From Glycera tridactyla (taxonomy: Eukaryota): 64,000 bases of DNA. The stretch covers positions 76,694,001-76,758,000 of the forward strand of contig OZ286461.1 in NCBI GenBank assembly GCA_965644265.1, in the 5' to 3' direction. Below are positions 34,500-49,559 of the stretch, one piece after another. The position numbers and the translations under genes are program-made. Under the pieces are notes generated by a model. The model saw only the letters and a program-made list of their open reading frames with translations. It searched no databases and was not told where the DNA came from. Every line of letters starts with the position of its first letter. The stretch's first letter is position 1.

Positions 34500-37450
34500 T
34501 CCGGTTGGTGCTGATCCTGGGTGATTCCACATACTGCTACTAGTCGATTGGATGACCAGGTGGGATATGTTCAGTTCAATCCTTCCACAATGGTAATCTT
34601 GGCAAAGGTAGAAGCCTCGAAGGAAGAGGTGGAAAAGAGTCTCTGGGAATGGTGGCCCATCAGAAGAGTCTCTGGGAATGGTGGCCCATCAGAAGTGATG
34701 TCCCAACTCTACATTTTCATGTAGGCAGTTCTAAGAACTGTAAGATCAGGGCGAGTGCCATTGAGGCAGATTATTTGGTGTCACTTCCAGATATTGATCC
34801 TGAGTGTACTGGGGCTCAGCCTCTAAAAATGACCTCAAGCCATCATCTGTGGATGTCATGTTAAGGGTGTTTCTGAAGGTCATTCCCAATTTGGATGTGA
34901 TTTTGAGGTGATTCGTCTCACTGCCGCCTCGAAGTCACTCCCATTCAAAAAAAAAAAACGCAAGGCTCAGCTAACAGTCATGCCATTAGGCTATTCTTGT
35001 TGATATGGAAGTCTGAAAAAAGAGGGTTTCCCAGTCTTGACATGGTAGAGGCAGGGGTGGTCAGCAGAAGCCGATAATCTATCAATCAGTCCCAGACTAA
35101 GCAGATGTCTGAGGCAGGATATTTCTACAAGAAGAAGGTCAAGGGCAAGGCTGCCCAGCCCCAGGGCATTAGGCATCTTTTTCGTAGTACCAGTAGGGCC
35201 AAGGTTTCTGTGTTATGTGAAGCCTTAGCAGAATTTAACAGGAAACTGATTTGTCTTGGACATCGATTGAGAAGGGCTGACCTGGACCTTTCAAGATATG
35301 TGTGTTTGTTTGTTGGCTGGAAGAGGTTCAGTAAATGCCGACAAAGAAGGCCATTTCTCCATATCATTTGGAACAAGACTTTTGGATTATACAGGCATAA
35401 TATTTGGTCACCAAATCTATAGGGTGGTATCGACTGATAATCAGCTAGAAACCTCTGAATCGGTAAATCTACTATCAGAGGTTCAAGATAGAAACAACGA
35501 GATCAATAGTGAAAGCAATATCACCACGAGTTTGGACAGTGTCCATGGATCTCAAGGATACATACGGCCACATATCCATCAATGTGACTTGTGGATTGTG
35601 CTCTGCCCTTTAAATTCTTACAATGCTGGTTCGGGAGGTGGCACAATACTTACAGGCAAATGAACTAAAGTTTCACTATAACCCAGTTCACAAGTTAGAT
35701 TTGGATCATGACCAAGAGAATGTCGAACTTATTTCAAAGTCAGTCATTTATCTATCTGGGCATGGACTTCTACACTGCTTCCTATTCACTTCGTCCCACC
35801 CATAAAGGAGTACAGAAATAAGAGGCCAGGAGGCGCAAAGACAGCCAGCTTGTTCAGTTCTGAAGCTTCTTGGACATATATCCAGCCTTTCAGATATGAT
35901 TCACCTTCAATTAGCACTTCAAATCAGTTTGTCCTGCTGCCAGAGGAATATCTTCGGACCTACTGTGGTGGACACAATAGGAGCACAATCATCAAAGAGT
36001 ACCTCTGTCCAGAATCCTCCCTGACTTTGATGATGACAGGTGGGGGAGGGGGAGGGGGCTGGTGAAGACGGATCTTCATCACAAACATCAGGCACTTGGC
36101 AATACAAGCATCAAGACAGGTAAATCGACTGTCTGGAACTAGAGCCAATTCTGTTGATTGTTCAGAAGTTCAGCCCGATTCCAGATAGAGATGATGACAC
36201 TGCAGTAGCCTATACACCATTCAGGAAGACTGCCTCGATGTGTGGTCTGACCTGTATAGTGTTCAGAGACGGAGTCACTCAGGGTTACTCTTTGTGAGGC
36301 ACATGCCAAGCAATAGTAACATTTTGGAAGATTTCTCATCCAGGACATCTCTAGTCCAGACAGAATGGGAGTTCTTCCAATCAGTATTCCTAAAAGCCCT
36401 GCAGAAAGCCTCCTTCCCTCAGTGAGATTGATGGCCTCACCCCACAATACCAAATTGCCAGTGTTTGCCGTCCATATCTGCTGACAGCAGCCCTGGCAGT
36501 GAACGAACTATCAATGTCCTGTGAGGGGTTCGGGTTGGCATAAATCCCCCCAACAGCATTGCTTCGGCATGTCTTGAACAAGCAGAGGGGTTAGAGATGA
36601 AGCGCAGCTGCATAGCTCCATGGTGAAAGAACCAGTCATGATCTAGATTTAGATCTAGATTTATTGATCGATCTGCTCCTAGAGCTTTCTTTCTACAGGA
36701 TATATTCACTAAGGAAGTGAGAGGCAGGAGGCTCCATCATTACAGGCCCCAGGTGCTGTGTCTTCCCGCCTGGTGTTTATCCAGAATGCACTCTCCGGAG
36801 ATTCTGTCGGCAATGACTATCCAGAGGACCTCTTGACCAACATGCTAATCCACGAGCTGAGCCTATGAAATGTTGCGAGGCCTACTGCTCTGTTCACTGT
36901 GTGGATAACGAGCATCCCACTATGACCTCAGCAGCTGATTCTCTTCTGATGTTATGGGAAGGAGAGCATGTCCCTTGAAAATATCAGGAGCTACAGGTCT
37001 GCCATCAATATTTTGGTTTCTGACATCAAATCGCAGAGTTTGTAGAAATTGCAGAATTCGTGGAAATATGCTGGAGAACTTTGCTCTTGAGAGGCCAGTG
37101 CGATATAAGACTATCCTTGTTGAATCTTCTACTTGCTTTGGCATTTCTTAAGAACGCTCTGTTTGAGCCTAGAGAGGGGATTTCTCACCTGAATCTTGCC
37201 GAGAAAGCTGTCTAGGCGCCGGAGTGAAATACATTCTCTCTTGGGTCTTCCTGACACTGTTCGTCTCTCATGAGATATATCCAGGGTAACTTTGATTGGT
37301 GAACCATCCCGAGGTTTGTTTATCCAACCTTGGGATCTAATTCTGCATTCGAACATTACACCTATACAAAAGTAAAGTCGTGTATGACACCCCTGTCTAT
37401 CACTGCCTAATACCTGATAGCTGCTAGTGGTAACTTCTTCCTGTTCACCT
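34500..37450 (+). mobile_element. Decayed DIRS-like retrotransposon (element 2)
   Basis: Gag (RKAQLTVMPLG), RT (RFKIETTRSI...SMDLKDTYGHISI, FIYLGMDF), RNase H (DDTAVAY, HMPSNSNILEDFSSR), methyltransferase-like (TEWEF..VF, LMASPHNTKLPVF) and YR (RSYRSAI, SRRRSEIHSL). Its sequence differs clearly from element 1. Boundaries are approximate. Confidence 0.8.
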
Positions 37451-40400
37451 AGTATCGTCAAGAAGTGGACCTCTATAGCGGGGCGGATAAGAGGGGAAAA
37501 ACCATTTGAGGAAGAAATGGGTGAGTATGGCCACAGGTTGGATAAACAATTCTAGGGGGAACTAGGGGAATCAACACTGTACCATTCCCCCCTCAAATTT
37601 TGCATTGAATATGCCAGGGATTGGAGAATGGAGAAGTACACATATCAACTCACACGCTGTCTCTCTCAGGAACAAATACCTCAAAGAAAGGCGAATTGAA
37701 AACTAGTTCCCCAATTATTCATCTCGAACACAATGATATAATCAAGACAATTGTATACAACTAAATCCCTGACCTAATACAACTAAAGTCCACTGCTGGG
37801 TTCACTACAGCCTGGGCAGCAACACTTGTACCCAGAGAATATAGGTCAAGATACTGATTCACGAAAAATTCCTGAGGCGTCTTTTGACTACAGGCACCGC
37901 GGGACCAGAGTCATCATCAGAGTCAACTTGCCTCCCTAGCTGCTCTTCACTTTTAGCCAGTCTGCCCTCTGCCCAAAAAGGACCAACTTGTCTAAGAGGA
38001 CCCATAACCACTGTGTCAACAGGGGGGAGCAGCTGTATGTGGTATAGGAGGGCGTCCTACTGTATGTTGTACTACTGGTGGAGGATGAACAGTATCATGG
38101 TCATCATCTACAGGCACCTCATCATCTTCCTCAGATCTGACAACACTGGTAGGAGAAAAACCCAGAGGACAATCTACACAGATATGGATACTCTGTACGT
38201 CTGCCTTCACTTTAGCCAGCTCTCTGTCCTTGCTACTTGGGTCTTCATGTACAGAGAGCTGTCCACGCTTACTACCATGACATACACTCCCACAAAGTTT
38301 CTGTAACAATATAGACATAGCACTGCCACCCAGCCTCCAACTACTCATGTCAGTTATCATCAGACTGCCAGAAAGCAATGCCCCACTGGACATCGCCGTG
38401 GCACTGGACTGACAAGAAAGATTCACAGGAGGCACCGTCCTTCCTGACTCTCATCCTAAGTCGGTGGACATATCCGAGCTGAATAGCCGGGAAAGACAGA
38501 GTACCGAATGCCGGTTCGGAAACTGCATCAGAATGTTCACCAAGGCCTACTGATGACTGTCGGTCTGGATGCCACCCAGACCAAAAGTTAAATGTAGTAA
38601 GCTCAGTTGTCACATCATTTAAAGTATTGTACAGAGCCCCGGACCAACTGTCTCGAGCGCTGTATCCAACAACTTGCGATCATACTCTGGATTGCCACCA
38701 GACTCAGTATGAGCCGTATTGAGACACACACACATCGGCCCTGACATCAGTTTCAGCTGTGACAGCAGGCCGCTTTCTTTTTCTTTGATAGGAACGTGCG
38801 ACATCCGTAGTATTCTAAGTATTTTGCCTACTGATCAGGGGACCAACTCTCACAAGCTCCACTCGCTTCTTCACCCTCATCGGGATTTGGTGTATTACTG
38901 CAAGGTTTGCACGACAGTCTCTGATTGAGAGTCACGCAAGTATCTGAACATATTTGAACATCACAAGCGCTGCCCAGAGGGGTTTTCAACCTCGAACACA
39001 ACAATCACAGTGACCTCGCCACCATGCGAAAATCCACAATCCACAATATTTCAAAAGCCTCCACACCTGAGCGATTCAATAAAGAACAATGTACTCAATG
39101 TGTGTGAGCTCTCAGGGCAGTAGTCGACAAGAAAAGTGCAAGAAATCAAACTCTTTCTCAGAGCCTGGTTATATCTCAACTAGCTTATAATGAATGACAA
39201 GGTTGAAAAAAACGATATTAGGGGAACAGGAAGTGGCTAACTTCAATTAGGCGGTGACGGACTGGGATTTCATTCACACGTAGGCCTATCGACCACGGGA
39301 AATGAAGAATTTTAGAGAGACATGATACAGTAAGGACCGAGTTTCTCTCTGGAAAAATTAACATTCCGTCAGAGTGTGCTGTTATTAATACTCTTTCCCT
39401 TTCAGGGACCCCTGGGGTATCTTGGGGAATTTGTTTCCTTGTCCTGAAACAGTGCCATTTTGCATCAGGGACGGTTGTCATGTAATTCATAATACCAACT
39501 GACACCAAGTACGATAGATGGTGTTTATGAGTAACATATTAAGAAATCAAGCCTGATCATTACATTGCCAGGGATGTGTGGGAAAAAAATCAGGCATTTC
39601 TAATGTTGCAAATTAGCACTAGTGATACCAGCCAAAAGATATATTTTCCGGTGATATATTACGGGCGAGCCTGATGCGAGGAATAGTTATGGAAAAACAC
39701 CCAGCGGAGATAAAAACAAATCATCGAATATAATATTTCCGTAGATGAGGTAGAAACATAACTCTTGCAGGAAGAGGGATTTTACTAGCGATTCTAGATC
39801 CAAACGATTGACCTCTCAGAGAAGCCCAGAGCAGGTAGACTGCTGAGGCAGAATTTCGAAAGTAGCGGCATGGTGGGGGTCATACAATGTGACAAAAGAC
39901 AAAGTGGAAAGCCGACACCAACAATCGATGTACAGTAAATTTGACCAAACGATGATCCCGAACATCCAGTCGTTTTTATTGAGACATGAGATAGTTTGAA
40001 GTTGAAGAAAAACTGTTTAGCTTCAACTTCACAGAAGGTCATTCCAGCTTCTACCAAGGTTTTGGCCATAGAAAAATAATTCCTCTATCACAATCAATAA
40101 CATATTTCATTTTTGTAAATGTCATTTATTGCAATTTTGCGAGAGATAGATCATGGAAAAACGTCATATTAGATACACAATGTCATTATCGGCTATCGTG
40201 TATTTTTGTAATGAGTGGTGAAACTCGAGAATACATTGAATCCTTGACATTTAGGGCATTTTTGGTATATACTGGCTTCACATGAAGCACACCTTTTGGT
40301 CAATGCCCCTGGCCGGGTATGTGTGTTTCCACTGACCAAGACGAGGTGACTGTCGATAATTGGCAGAACCTACTCATTCAACATCTTCCAATATCGCTTC

Positions 40401-43290
40401 AGGAATGTCTTTGTCATGGAGGAGACTTTCAAGGTTGGTTCATCAATTTCAACATCTCAGATCGCAATTCAGTGAAGAAATTAGACTGCACTTTTCGGGG
40501 AAGCTGAACTCCCATATCTGCACAATCGATATGATTTCCCAGATGTTTGATGATCATGTTTGATGATCATGAAGTCCTTTTGAGGAAGTCCTTCTCTTTC
40601 TCTGTCTACCAGTGCTACTAACTGCTTCATCGGAGGCTGGTAATGTGTGAAAATGTCTACCATATACTTGGCCTGATGTATTTTGCTCCAATATACACTA
40701 GACATAAAATCATCGAACATGTATATGGACCTCTGATCACACTAAGAAGCTTACGAGACTCGACAGATCATTCAGCTGATGTTCATGAACGAGATTGGTG
40801 TTAGAGGTGGAAGTGTATATACATACATTAGCAATCACTTTTCAATGTCTCAAAAGGGAGGGGGGAGGTCTACATCATATAGCTTTTCCAACATGCAAGA
40901 GGGGATATTGAAATATAATTGTTTTATATATTTCTACTGCCCAGGTATTGTTTGTAATTTGTTTTGGAACAGTGAGAATATGTATGAGAACCAACCTTCT
41001 GCTCTCATTTGAATCCATCTGGTTTGGAGAGACATTGAGTTTCAAAAATAATGAAAAGTCTGGTCATGACTTGAGGGGGCTGGGCCGGGGATCGTATTAC
41101 ATGGTTTCACTTAATTAATCAATCAATCTCATGGTCAGTCTAGACATTCATCCCGATTCGTGCGGTTTATTGAATTGCAAATATGCAATTATTTTCTCCT
41201 CACGGGTATGGGATTGTTGGAGATGCAGATAATGAGCAGCATCAATCACAGCAGCTACTGATGGTGAAATCATGACTACATGGAATGATATCCAGAATGG
41301 AACATTCTGCCGGATCGATAAAGCCATTTAATTAAATGGGCGTTCTGCCGTCATCTGATGCACGCCAATCCCCTTAGATTCTACTGATACTAACCCTGGT
41401 CTCTCCACATCTCCACCCAGTATCTGTAATGATGAATACTAGTCTCTGGAAATGTGGCAGTACTCGTGCTTCCCTCATGAGACTGGTCTCTCAATCTATG
41501 ATCACCTTTAAAGGATAATGTATCGCAAGATGGTTTTATGGCTGGCATTTGATGGTATGTATCACACCAAAAGGGATGTGCTGATGGACAACACATCTAT
41601 ATAATTCGAAGAGTGTCATCCCTGAGGCATGATGGCAACAATAGAAATATGGAGGAAAATGCTTCAATACAGGGTCTATCCAATTCCGGCATTCAAATGA
41701 GCTTCATCGCTTGCCTGGTAAAACACTCTGACAGAGAAGGACAATAACTCGGCTATCATCGTCATCATACTAGAACAAAGGCCATCCTTGGTGATGATTT
41801 ACAGGACCTACATTGCAATGATAACATTAGTATCATCAGATGGTTTTGGGAAGGAATAAGGACTCGCTTAAGTGATTCATGATTCTCATGTACTCATGTG
41901 AGGAGATTCAATTATAGATAGTTTTATTCTAGCATTCCGGTCACATATGATGGCTTTTGTTGTTCATCCAATAATGCTATTTATACCAAATACAGTCATG
42001 ACCGCAGTCATTATAACCACTATCCAGGCCTTCATCGAAAACAAACGCAATATTAGAGCAAACCAACAGATAGAATCATCTGATGAGACGGTTATCCTGC
42101 TAATTCTATCAGGCCATAATGTGTCTCAAGTAGTGAATAGAAGACCCAAAACGCCATGGCGATAACTATCCCAATTGAAAGCTGAGACCAGATAGTTTCC
42201 GATAGATTTCACAGTATCAAGATATAATCTTTCTCATATACTGTCTACAGATAAAATTCTTGCTACTGGCAATGGAGTGCATATACCATAGATTCATCTT
42301 CGGTCACCTGTTACTTAATAATCACCATATATCTTGTGTATGGTTTCACGAGAAAGGTTCCGCTGTCCACCCGATCAGTATGAAGAAATGTGGCCCTACC
42401 AGTAGGTCACATGGAGAAAACATGTTATATCACCATATTGCCAAGCCAGGAGAAGCTCTAGATTTTTTTCCAGATGTATTTCAAATCAACTATTCTGACT
42501 GACCATAGATGCGTGATGTCAGATCCCATTCGGATGGTGCGAGAGGTTGTGCAGATTCCGTAGTGGTCATATCGACTAGGAATTATTTCTGTTAGAATCT
42601 TAGATTATCTTGGGCGGGACTTGATCCTCACAACATCGACAGGTATCAGTTGACACATGACAAATTGCAAATCAGCAAAATTTGCTTGATTAGTTCGTCG
42701 TATGTATTATGTAAAGTGAGCATCATCAGGGCTGAATTTGGATATGAATTAAATGGGCATGGGTGGAGGTCATCACGGACTATATATCATGGGTCTGCGA
42801 AGGAATGTACAAATTCGTGAAAGTCACACATTTCTCATGCATCTGCTAGACGATTTACTGATTACAATGGAATCCTCCTTTATTTTACTTCTTACTCTTG
42901 ACATTGAACATCAATATTCGCAGTCACCAGAATATCGAGTCATGATCATAGCATGTATGATTAGGCTCATAATAGTTGGTTCTCCATGAGTGATGGCTGC
43001 CCTGTCTACAGTGGTGTCGAAACCTAAACTGGTCGTATTCAGGGAGTTCCCTAAAACTTTTTGGAGAGAGTGTGATTTGCGACAATGACGAAGGGTATGC
43101 AAAGCTAGCAGCCTAGATTCTCATCCTATACATCAAAGTTCAGCTCATTATCGGTAACCTAGCAACACAGAATAAAAAAATAATGATCAGCAATCATGTT
43201 AGGGTTTGTGAGATGGAGTGGCATGCACGCCAGGAGTCAGGCGATGTTCGTGGAAACAGATAATGACACACGTGATGCAGCAACAGCACT

Positions 43291-45720
43291 ATTTGTTCAC
43301 TATCCTTTCCATTGCATTAGCCTCCCACTTCCTGCCTCATACATATTACCCAAGTATCAAACTCAAAAAACACATATCATCCTCATTTGTTCACTATCCT
43401 TTCCTTGGAATAGCCTCCCACCTCCTACCTTATACATATTACCCAAGTATTAAACTCAAAAAACATATATCATCCTCATTTGTTCACTATCCTTTCCTTG
43501 GATTAGCCTCCCACCTTCTACCTTATACATATTACCCAAGTATTAAACCCAAAAAACACATATCATCCTCATTTGTTCACTATCCTTTCCTTGGATTAGC
43601 CTCCCACCTCCTACGTTATACATATTACCCAAGTATTAAACTCAAAAAACACATATCATCCTCATTTGTTCACTATCCTATCCTTGGATAAGCCTCCCAC
43701 CTCCTGCCTCAAACATATTACCCAAGTATCAAACTCAAAAAACACATATCATCCTCATTTGTTCGCTATCCTTTCCTCAGATTACCTTCCCACCTCCTAC
43801 CTCATACGAATTACCCAAGTATCAAACTCAAAAAACACATATCATCCTCATTTGTTCGCTATCCTTTCCCTTGGATTAGCTTCCCACCTTCTACCTCATA
43901 AATATTACCCAAATATTAAACTACAAAAAAAAAATCATCTTCATTTGTTCACTATCCTATCCTTGGATAAGCCTCCCACCTCCTGCCTCATACATATTAC
44001 CCAAGTATCAAACCCAAAAAACACATATCATCCTCATTTGTTCGCTATCCTTTCCTTGGATTAGCTTCCCACCTCCTACCTCATACAAATTACCCAAGTA
44101 TCAAACTCAAAAAACACATATCATCCACATTTGTTCGCTATCCTTTCCTCGGATTAGCTTCCCACCTCCTACCTCATACAAATTACCCAAGTATCAAACT
44201 CAAAAAACACATATCATCCTCATTTGTTCACTATCCTTTCCTTGGATTAGCCTCCCACCTTCTACATTATACATATTACCCAAGTATTAAACTCAAAAAA
44301 CAAATATCATCCTCATTTGTTCACTATCCTTTCCTCGGATTAGCCTCCCACCTCCTACCTTATACACATTACCCAAGTATCAAACTCAAAAAACACATAT
44401 CATCCTCATTTGTTCACTATCCTTTCCCTTGGATTAGCCTCCCACCTTCTACCTCATAAATATTACCCAAATATTGAACTACAAAAAAATCATCCTCATT
44501 TGTTCACTATCCTATCCTTGGATAAGCCTCCCATCTCCTGCCTCATACATATTACCCAAGTATTAAACCCAAAAAACACATATCATCCTCATTTGTTCGC
44601 TATCCTTTCCTCGGATTAGCCTCCCACCTCCTACCTCATACAAATTACCCAAGTATCAAACTCAAAAAACACATATCATCCTCATTTGTTCGCTATCCTT
44701 CCCCTTGGATTAGCTTCCCACCTTCTACCTCATAGATATTACCCAAATATTAAACTACAAAAAAAATCATCTTCATTTGTTCACTATCCTATCCTTGGAT
44801 AAGCCTCCCACCTCCTGCCTCATACATATTACCCAAGTATTAAACCCAAAAAACACATATCATCCTCATTTGTTCGCTATCCTTTCCTCGGATTAGCCTC
44901 CCACCTCCTACCTCATACAAATTACCCGAGTATCAAACTCAAAAAACACATATCATCCTCATTTGTTCACTATCCTTTCCTCGGATTAGCTTCCCACCTC
45001 CTACCTCATACAAATTACCCAAGTATCAAACTCAAAAAACACATATCATCCTCATTTGTTCATTATCCTTTCCTTGGATTAGCCTCCCACCTTCTACATT
45101 ATACATATTACCCAAGTATTGAACTCAAAAAACACATATCATCCTCATTTGTTCACTATCCTTTCCTTGGAATAGCCTCCCACCTCCTACCTTATACATA
45201 TTACCCAAGTATCAAACTCAAAAAACACATATATCATCCTCATTTGTTCACTATCCTTTCCCTTGGATTAGCCTCCAACCTTCTACCTCATAAATATTAC
45301 CCAAATATTAAACTAAAAAAAAAAATCATCTTCATTTGTTCACTATCCTATCCTTGGATAAGCCTCCCACCTCCTGCCTCATACATATTACCCAAGTATC
45401 AAACTCAAAAAAACACATATCATCCTCATTTGTTCGCTATCCTTTCCTCGGATTAGCTTCCCACCTCCTACCTCATACAAATTACCCAAGTATCAAACTC
45501 AAAAAACACATATCATCCCCATTTGTTCACTATCCTTTCCTTGGATTAGCCTCCCACCTTCTACCTTATACATATTACCCAAGTATTAAACTCAAAAAAC
45601 ACATATCATCTTCATTTTTTCCTTATCCTTTCCTTGAATTAGCCTCCCATCCCCTACCTCATACATATTACACAAGTATTGTACTCGATAAACACATATC
45701 ATTTTCTTACTTTTCTGGAT
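43291..45720 (+). repeat. 93-bp tandem satellite, ~26 units
   Basis: ATTTGTTCACTATCC recurs at 43291, 43385, 43478, 43571, 43664... Unit is roughly ATTTGTTCACTATCCTTTCCTTGGATTAGCCTCCCACCTCCTACCTCATACATATTACCCAAGTATCAAACTCAAAAAACACATATCATCCTC. Confidence 0.96.
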
Positions 45721-48700
45721 AGCAAGCCTAACATGTGTATCACATCTACATATATCATAGACTGCATTAATCAGTACCTGTGGCAGTAAATAACGCCTCC
45801 GGAGGAATATCGGAAATTGGAATTCAGGCAGGGATCGCGTAGCATTTCTGATTTTTCACAGATGATAATTACAATCTAGATATAGCTGGTGTTTTTCAGG
45901 AAATGATTAATATTATTTCACCATAATATTTTTTCTCAGGCAGTGTAATGAGAATACTAGTGCTGCTGCAGCTGGTGCCAATGGGGTTGATGGTGATGAT
46001 GATTGTGCTAATAAAAATCATGGGAAAAGCAACAGGTTTTCACTGGCACGGACATCCTCACTGAGATAAATCTGTAACAATTCTTACCTGGAACTGGAGG
46101 TGACTCCGGATGTAGAGTGAAAACTAGTGCATATTGCTGAACAAAGTTGTATTAGGGACTATTGGTTGATTGGAAGTGCCAACTAATCTCAATGATTTAT
46201 TACCAATGTCTCAGTCACACCACAAAAATCTGTTCAAACACTCGTGATGACATATCTGTGTGAACGTCATACAATTTTATCACCCGGGCATGTAATGAAG
46301 ATGGATGCATCATAGTAATTACTATTACAGATATCCCAGAAATATCCCATGTGATATCACTACTGCTGTATTCATTCTATGTTAATGAGCATGGTGACCA
46401 CAACTTATCAATTCAAGTTCGATGAAAAGGTGTGAACAAAGTAACAAATTCACAAAAAGGAATGCAGATGTCACCAAACACAATCACAGGGGGGGGGGGG
46501 GACGCCATCGAAGTTGTGATGTTACGAATGGCTGAATCAAGATATATGCACACTTGTGTGGTCACAATTAGATTCATCACATGTGTGCGTGATTAAGCGT
46601 TTGTCTCGCTATATATCAAAGTGAGCTAACATCTTCCACTAGTGAGTGCAGTGGTGGGGAAATATGCAGAATCCGCATATTGTCATCTATCTTCTTTTGA
46701 ACTATAGGAGACATTCTTGACATATCTAGTACATATTTTTGGACAACTGGCATATCTCATTGAGTCACTCGAATGCCCTTTCAACTATTGCTGTCCTTTC
46801 ATTGCACTCATTGTTGGCGAATATGACAACACTCTGTTCCCTTTCTCTGTGTGTGAGTGTGGAAGATGATTCGTCCACAATCTGAACAGATGGCATAACA
46901 GGGGGGTTGAGGATTGGGGGATCGTTTGATGGATGGATGAATTGGTGGATGGATGGATGGATGGTTATGTGGATGGATAGATACACAGGCACAGGCACAA
47001 AAACCGAAGACAGACACAAATGAAGTGGAAGAGACCACACCTTTGTACCGACATTAAAGTGGTTGGTTGGTTGTTTGGTTGTTTTACCTCATGAGCATCG
47101 TCTGGACAATAAAGAGGCTCCTACTTCATGGAAATGTGTGGGATCATCAACGACTCTAATGGGGGCTCGGACAAAATTAAGGAATTCATGAACACCAAAG
47201 ACGTCATTTCCGACTAGACAAAAAGGAGGAGGGGGACGTGAAAGACAGTTAGGTAAGAAGAGATGAAAAGCACTGCAAACGAATAGACTGCGGCAACGTT
47301 CGAAAATCATAGGGCCTGTCTCACCAGTTGTTCACGTTGATGTCAGGGGTTGCTCCACGCAGCCTGTAGGCATGCATTCTGTGTACATCTTATCTGGGTC
47401 ATTCTTGAGTATCAAAGCTATATTTCATCAAGAATTACAACAATTTATTCATAGATATAAACCGATCCTGATTCCATTTTATAAGCATATCTTCGAAGAT
47501 AACACGCCCTGGTCCACATAGAAGTACCTTCGAATTCCTGTCAGTCATGAATATTCGAAAAATTCATATATTCACAGAAAGACCGTCCAGGTGCAGTATA
47601 CCAGATCATCAGGTTTTCATTCCAATATCAAACAAGGCGAGTGCTCGATGAAAAGAGTACCTGAATAGTTCCATCCTTTTGTAATCAGATCAGAGTGAAT
47701 TCAATTCACCATATTGGCTGGACTGGTGCAATATCCATCATCAGCTAGTCGGGATTACCCTACCACTCTGATGAGGTGAGGCACTCAATGCTCTCGTACT
47801 ATATGAGATTTCAGAAGAATGAACAGCACAGATGCATAGTTGGTCAAAGCAGTCTTCCACCCAGACGATCGCTCAAGCAAGTTTTATAATTGGCACAGGG
47901 AAAGTGAGCCTGATACCAGAATGACTAGATCTTTACCACACGATTACTGAACATCCTAAAGAAAGTGGGACATATTCCGGATCATTCAAGGGGAGGAATC
48001 TTCTCTCATCACTGGACTATTGTTGGGAGAGGTTTCACAATTGATCATGATAAGACTGGGCTAGAGTCCAGGTCAAATGAATGAATTCAATCAACCTAGT
48101 AGACAATCACTACGTTTTCACAATTTGATGTAAAAAAGATGGTGCCATTATTGGATATGTGTGCGACGTTGATGGATTAATTAGCCAGGTGAAAATATAA
48201 CGATGATTTTAGGAGGAATTATTCACTGTGCTGTGCTGTGTCCATTTTTGCGAATCAGTGACTCATCTCTTGAAAGCTATTCCTATCAGAGGTCCAATAT
48301 GTCAGCCAACTTGTTATTCAGCTAGAGGAACACATCACAAGAACTGATAAGACACACTCATAAATCACCACTGACGTTTTATCGACAGTATCTTCAATTC
48401 CATCACCATTGGTTTCGACATATATTTTGACGATACAAAGATCTTGTTGATAGTAAGATAAGTAACTCAGCCTCAAAGGAAACCCAATGATGGTAATCTG
48501 ACCTCGTCATGAGCGTTTCCCGGGTAGTTTGTTACGATTAGAATGGAAGCTGTCAACCTAGTGGATAAGATGTCGACACAAACTGGATGTCCAAGTCGGA
48601 GGCCGTTATTTGGTCTCTTTTGGAAATTTTATCCTCGTCTGCTGTGTCCTTGTAGACTCCGTTTGGTGCTTCCACGGGCCCCAAGGCAGATTTCTGCACG

Positions 48701-49559
48701 GGAAACTGACTGCATGGCGTTCATTGGTTACCATACAGAATACCGCGTTGAATAAAGACAGGGTTGACTATCTGGCCAGACTAATACATGATTACCATAA
48801 CAATGTCTTTTTCAGCCCTAGATTTGGAATGAAATTTTCACTGAGCCCACCCATATTTGCTGTTTTGCCCGTTCATGCCTTCAAGAATTTTAAGACTGAC
48901 TAGCCTCAATTATACAGACCTGACTGCATGGACAAATGACCACAGGATGACTGTAGCCAATACACGTTTTTCTCTGGATGGAAAATAGTTTCCATTCCGA
49001 ACTAGCCTTCTTCACCGCTGTATTTGTATTAATATATTCATCATTTCACAAGTATTCTTGCAGATTACCGCCGGTGGCACACTGGGTAAATTCGATCACT
49101 TACAGTGACAAGACTGGTACAATATTCATCATCAGCAAATTGGGATTACTTAACCACTCTTGTAATATGTCGCCCATGATGATCTCATACCACATGAGAT
49201 TCCAGGAGAATAAACATGGCAGGAGGCATCCATCACATAGCTGGTTTGAGGGACCTCCTACACGGACGATCGCTCAAGCCCGTTCAATAATTGGCACAGG
49301 AAATTAAAGCTGGTACTTGAATGACCAGATTTTTACCAGATGACCGCTAAATATGACTCTTTATCCTTGCAGATACCCTCTCGAATGGAGTCTTTTAAAG
49401 TCATGCCCTCTCCCGTCCGATACTTGAGATGACACTTTGGGTGTCTGAATGGCATCATTTTCCACTCTCCATTGGGGACTCACAAGGACTTGGATGACTC
49501 CGCCAATGTCCTGCGAATGGGCAACTCAATATAGCCAAGATGGTGATCAAGATACGCGA

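Noticed and set aside
43196-45722. Repetitive ORFs in the 93-bp satellite
   Set aside because: A unit length of 31 codons keeps frames open locally, but poly-A length variation shifts the frame repeatedly. No coding signal.
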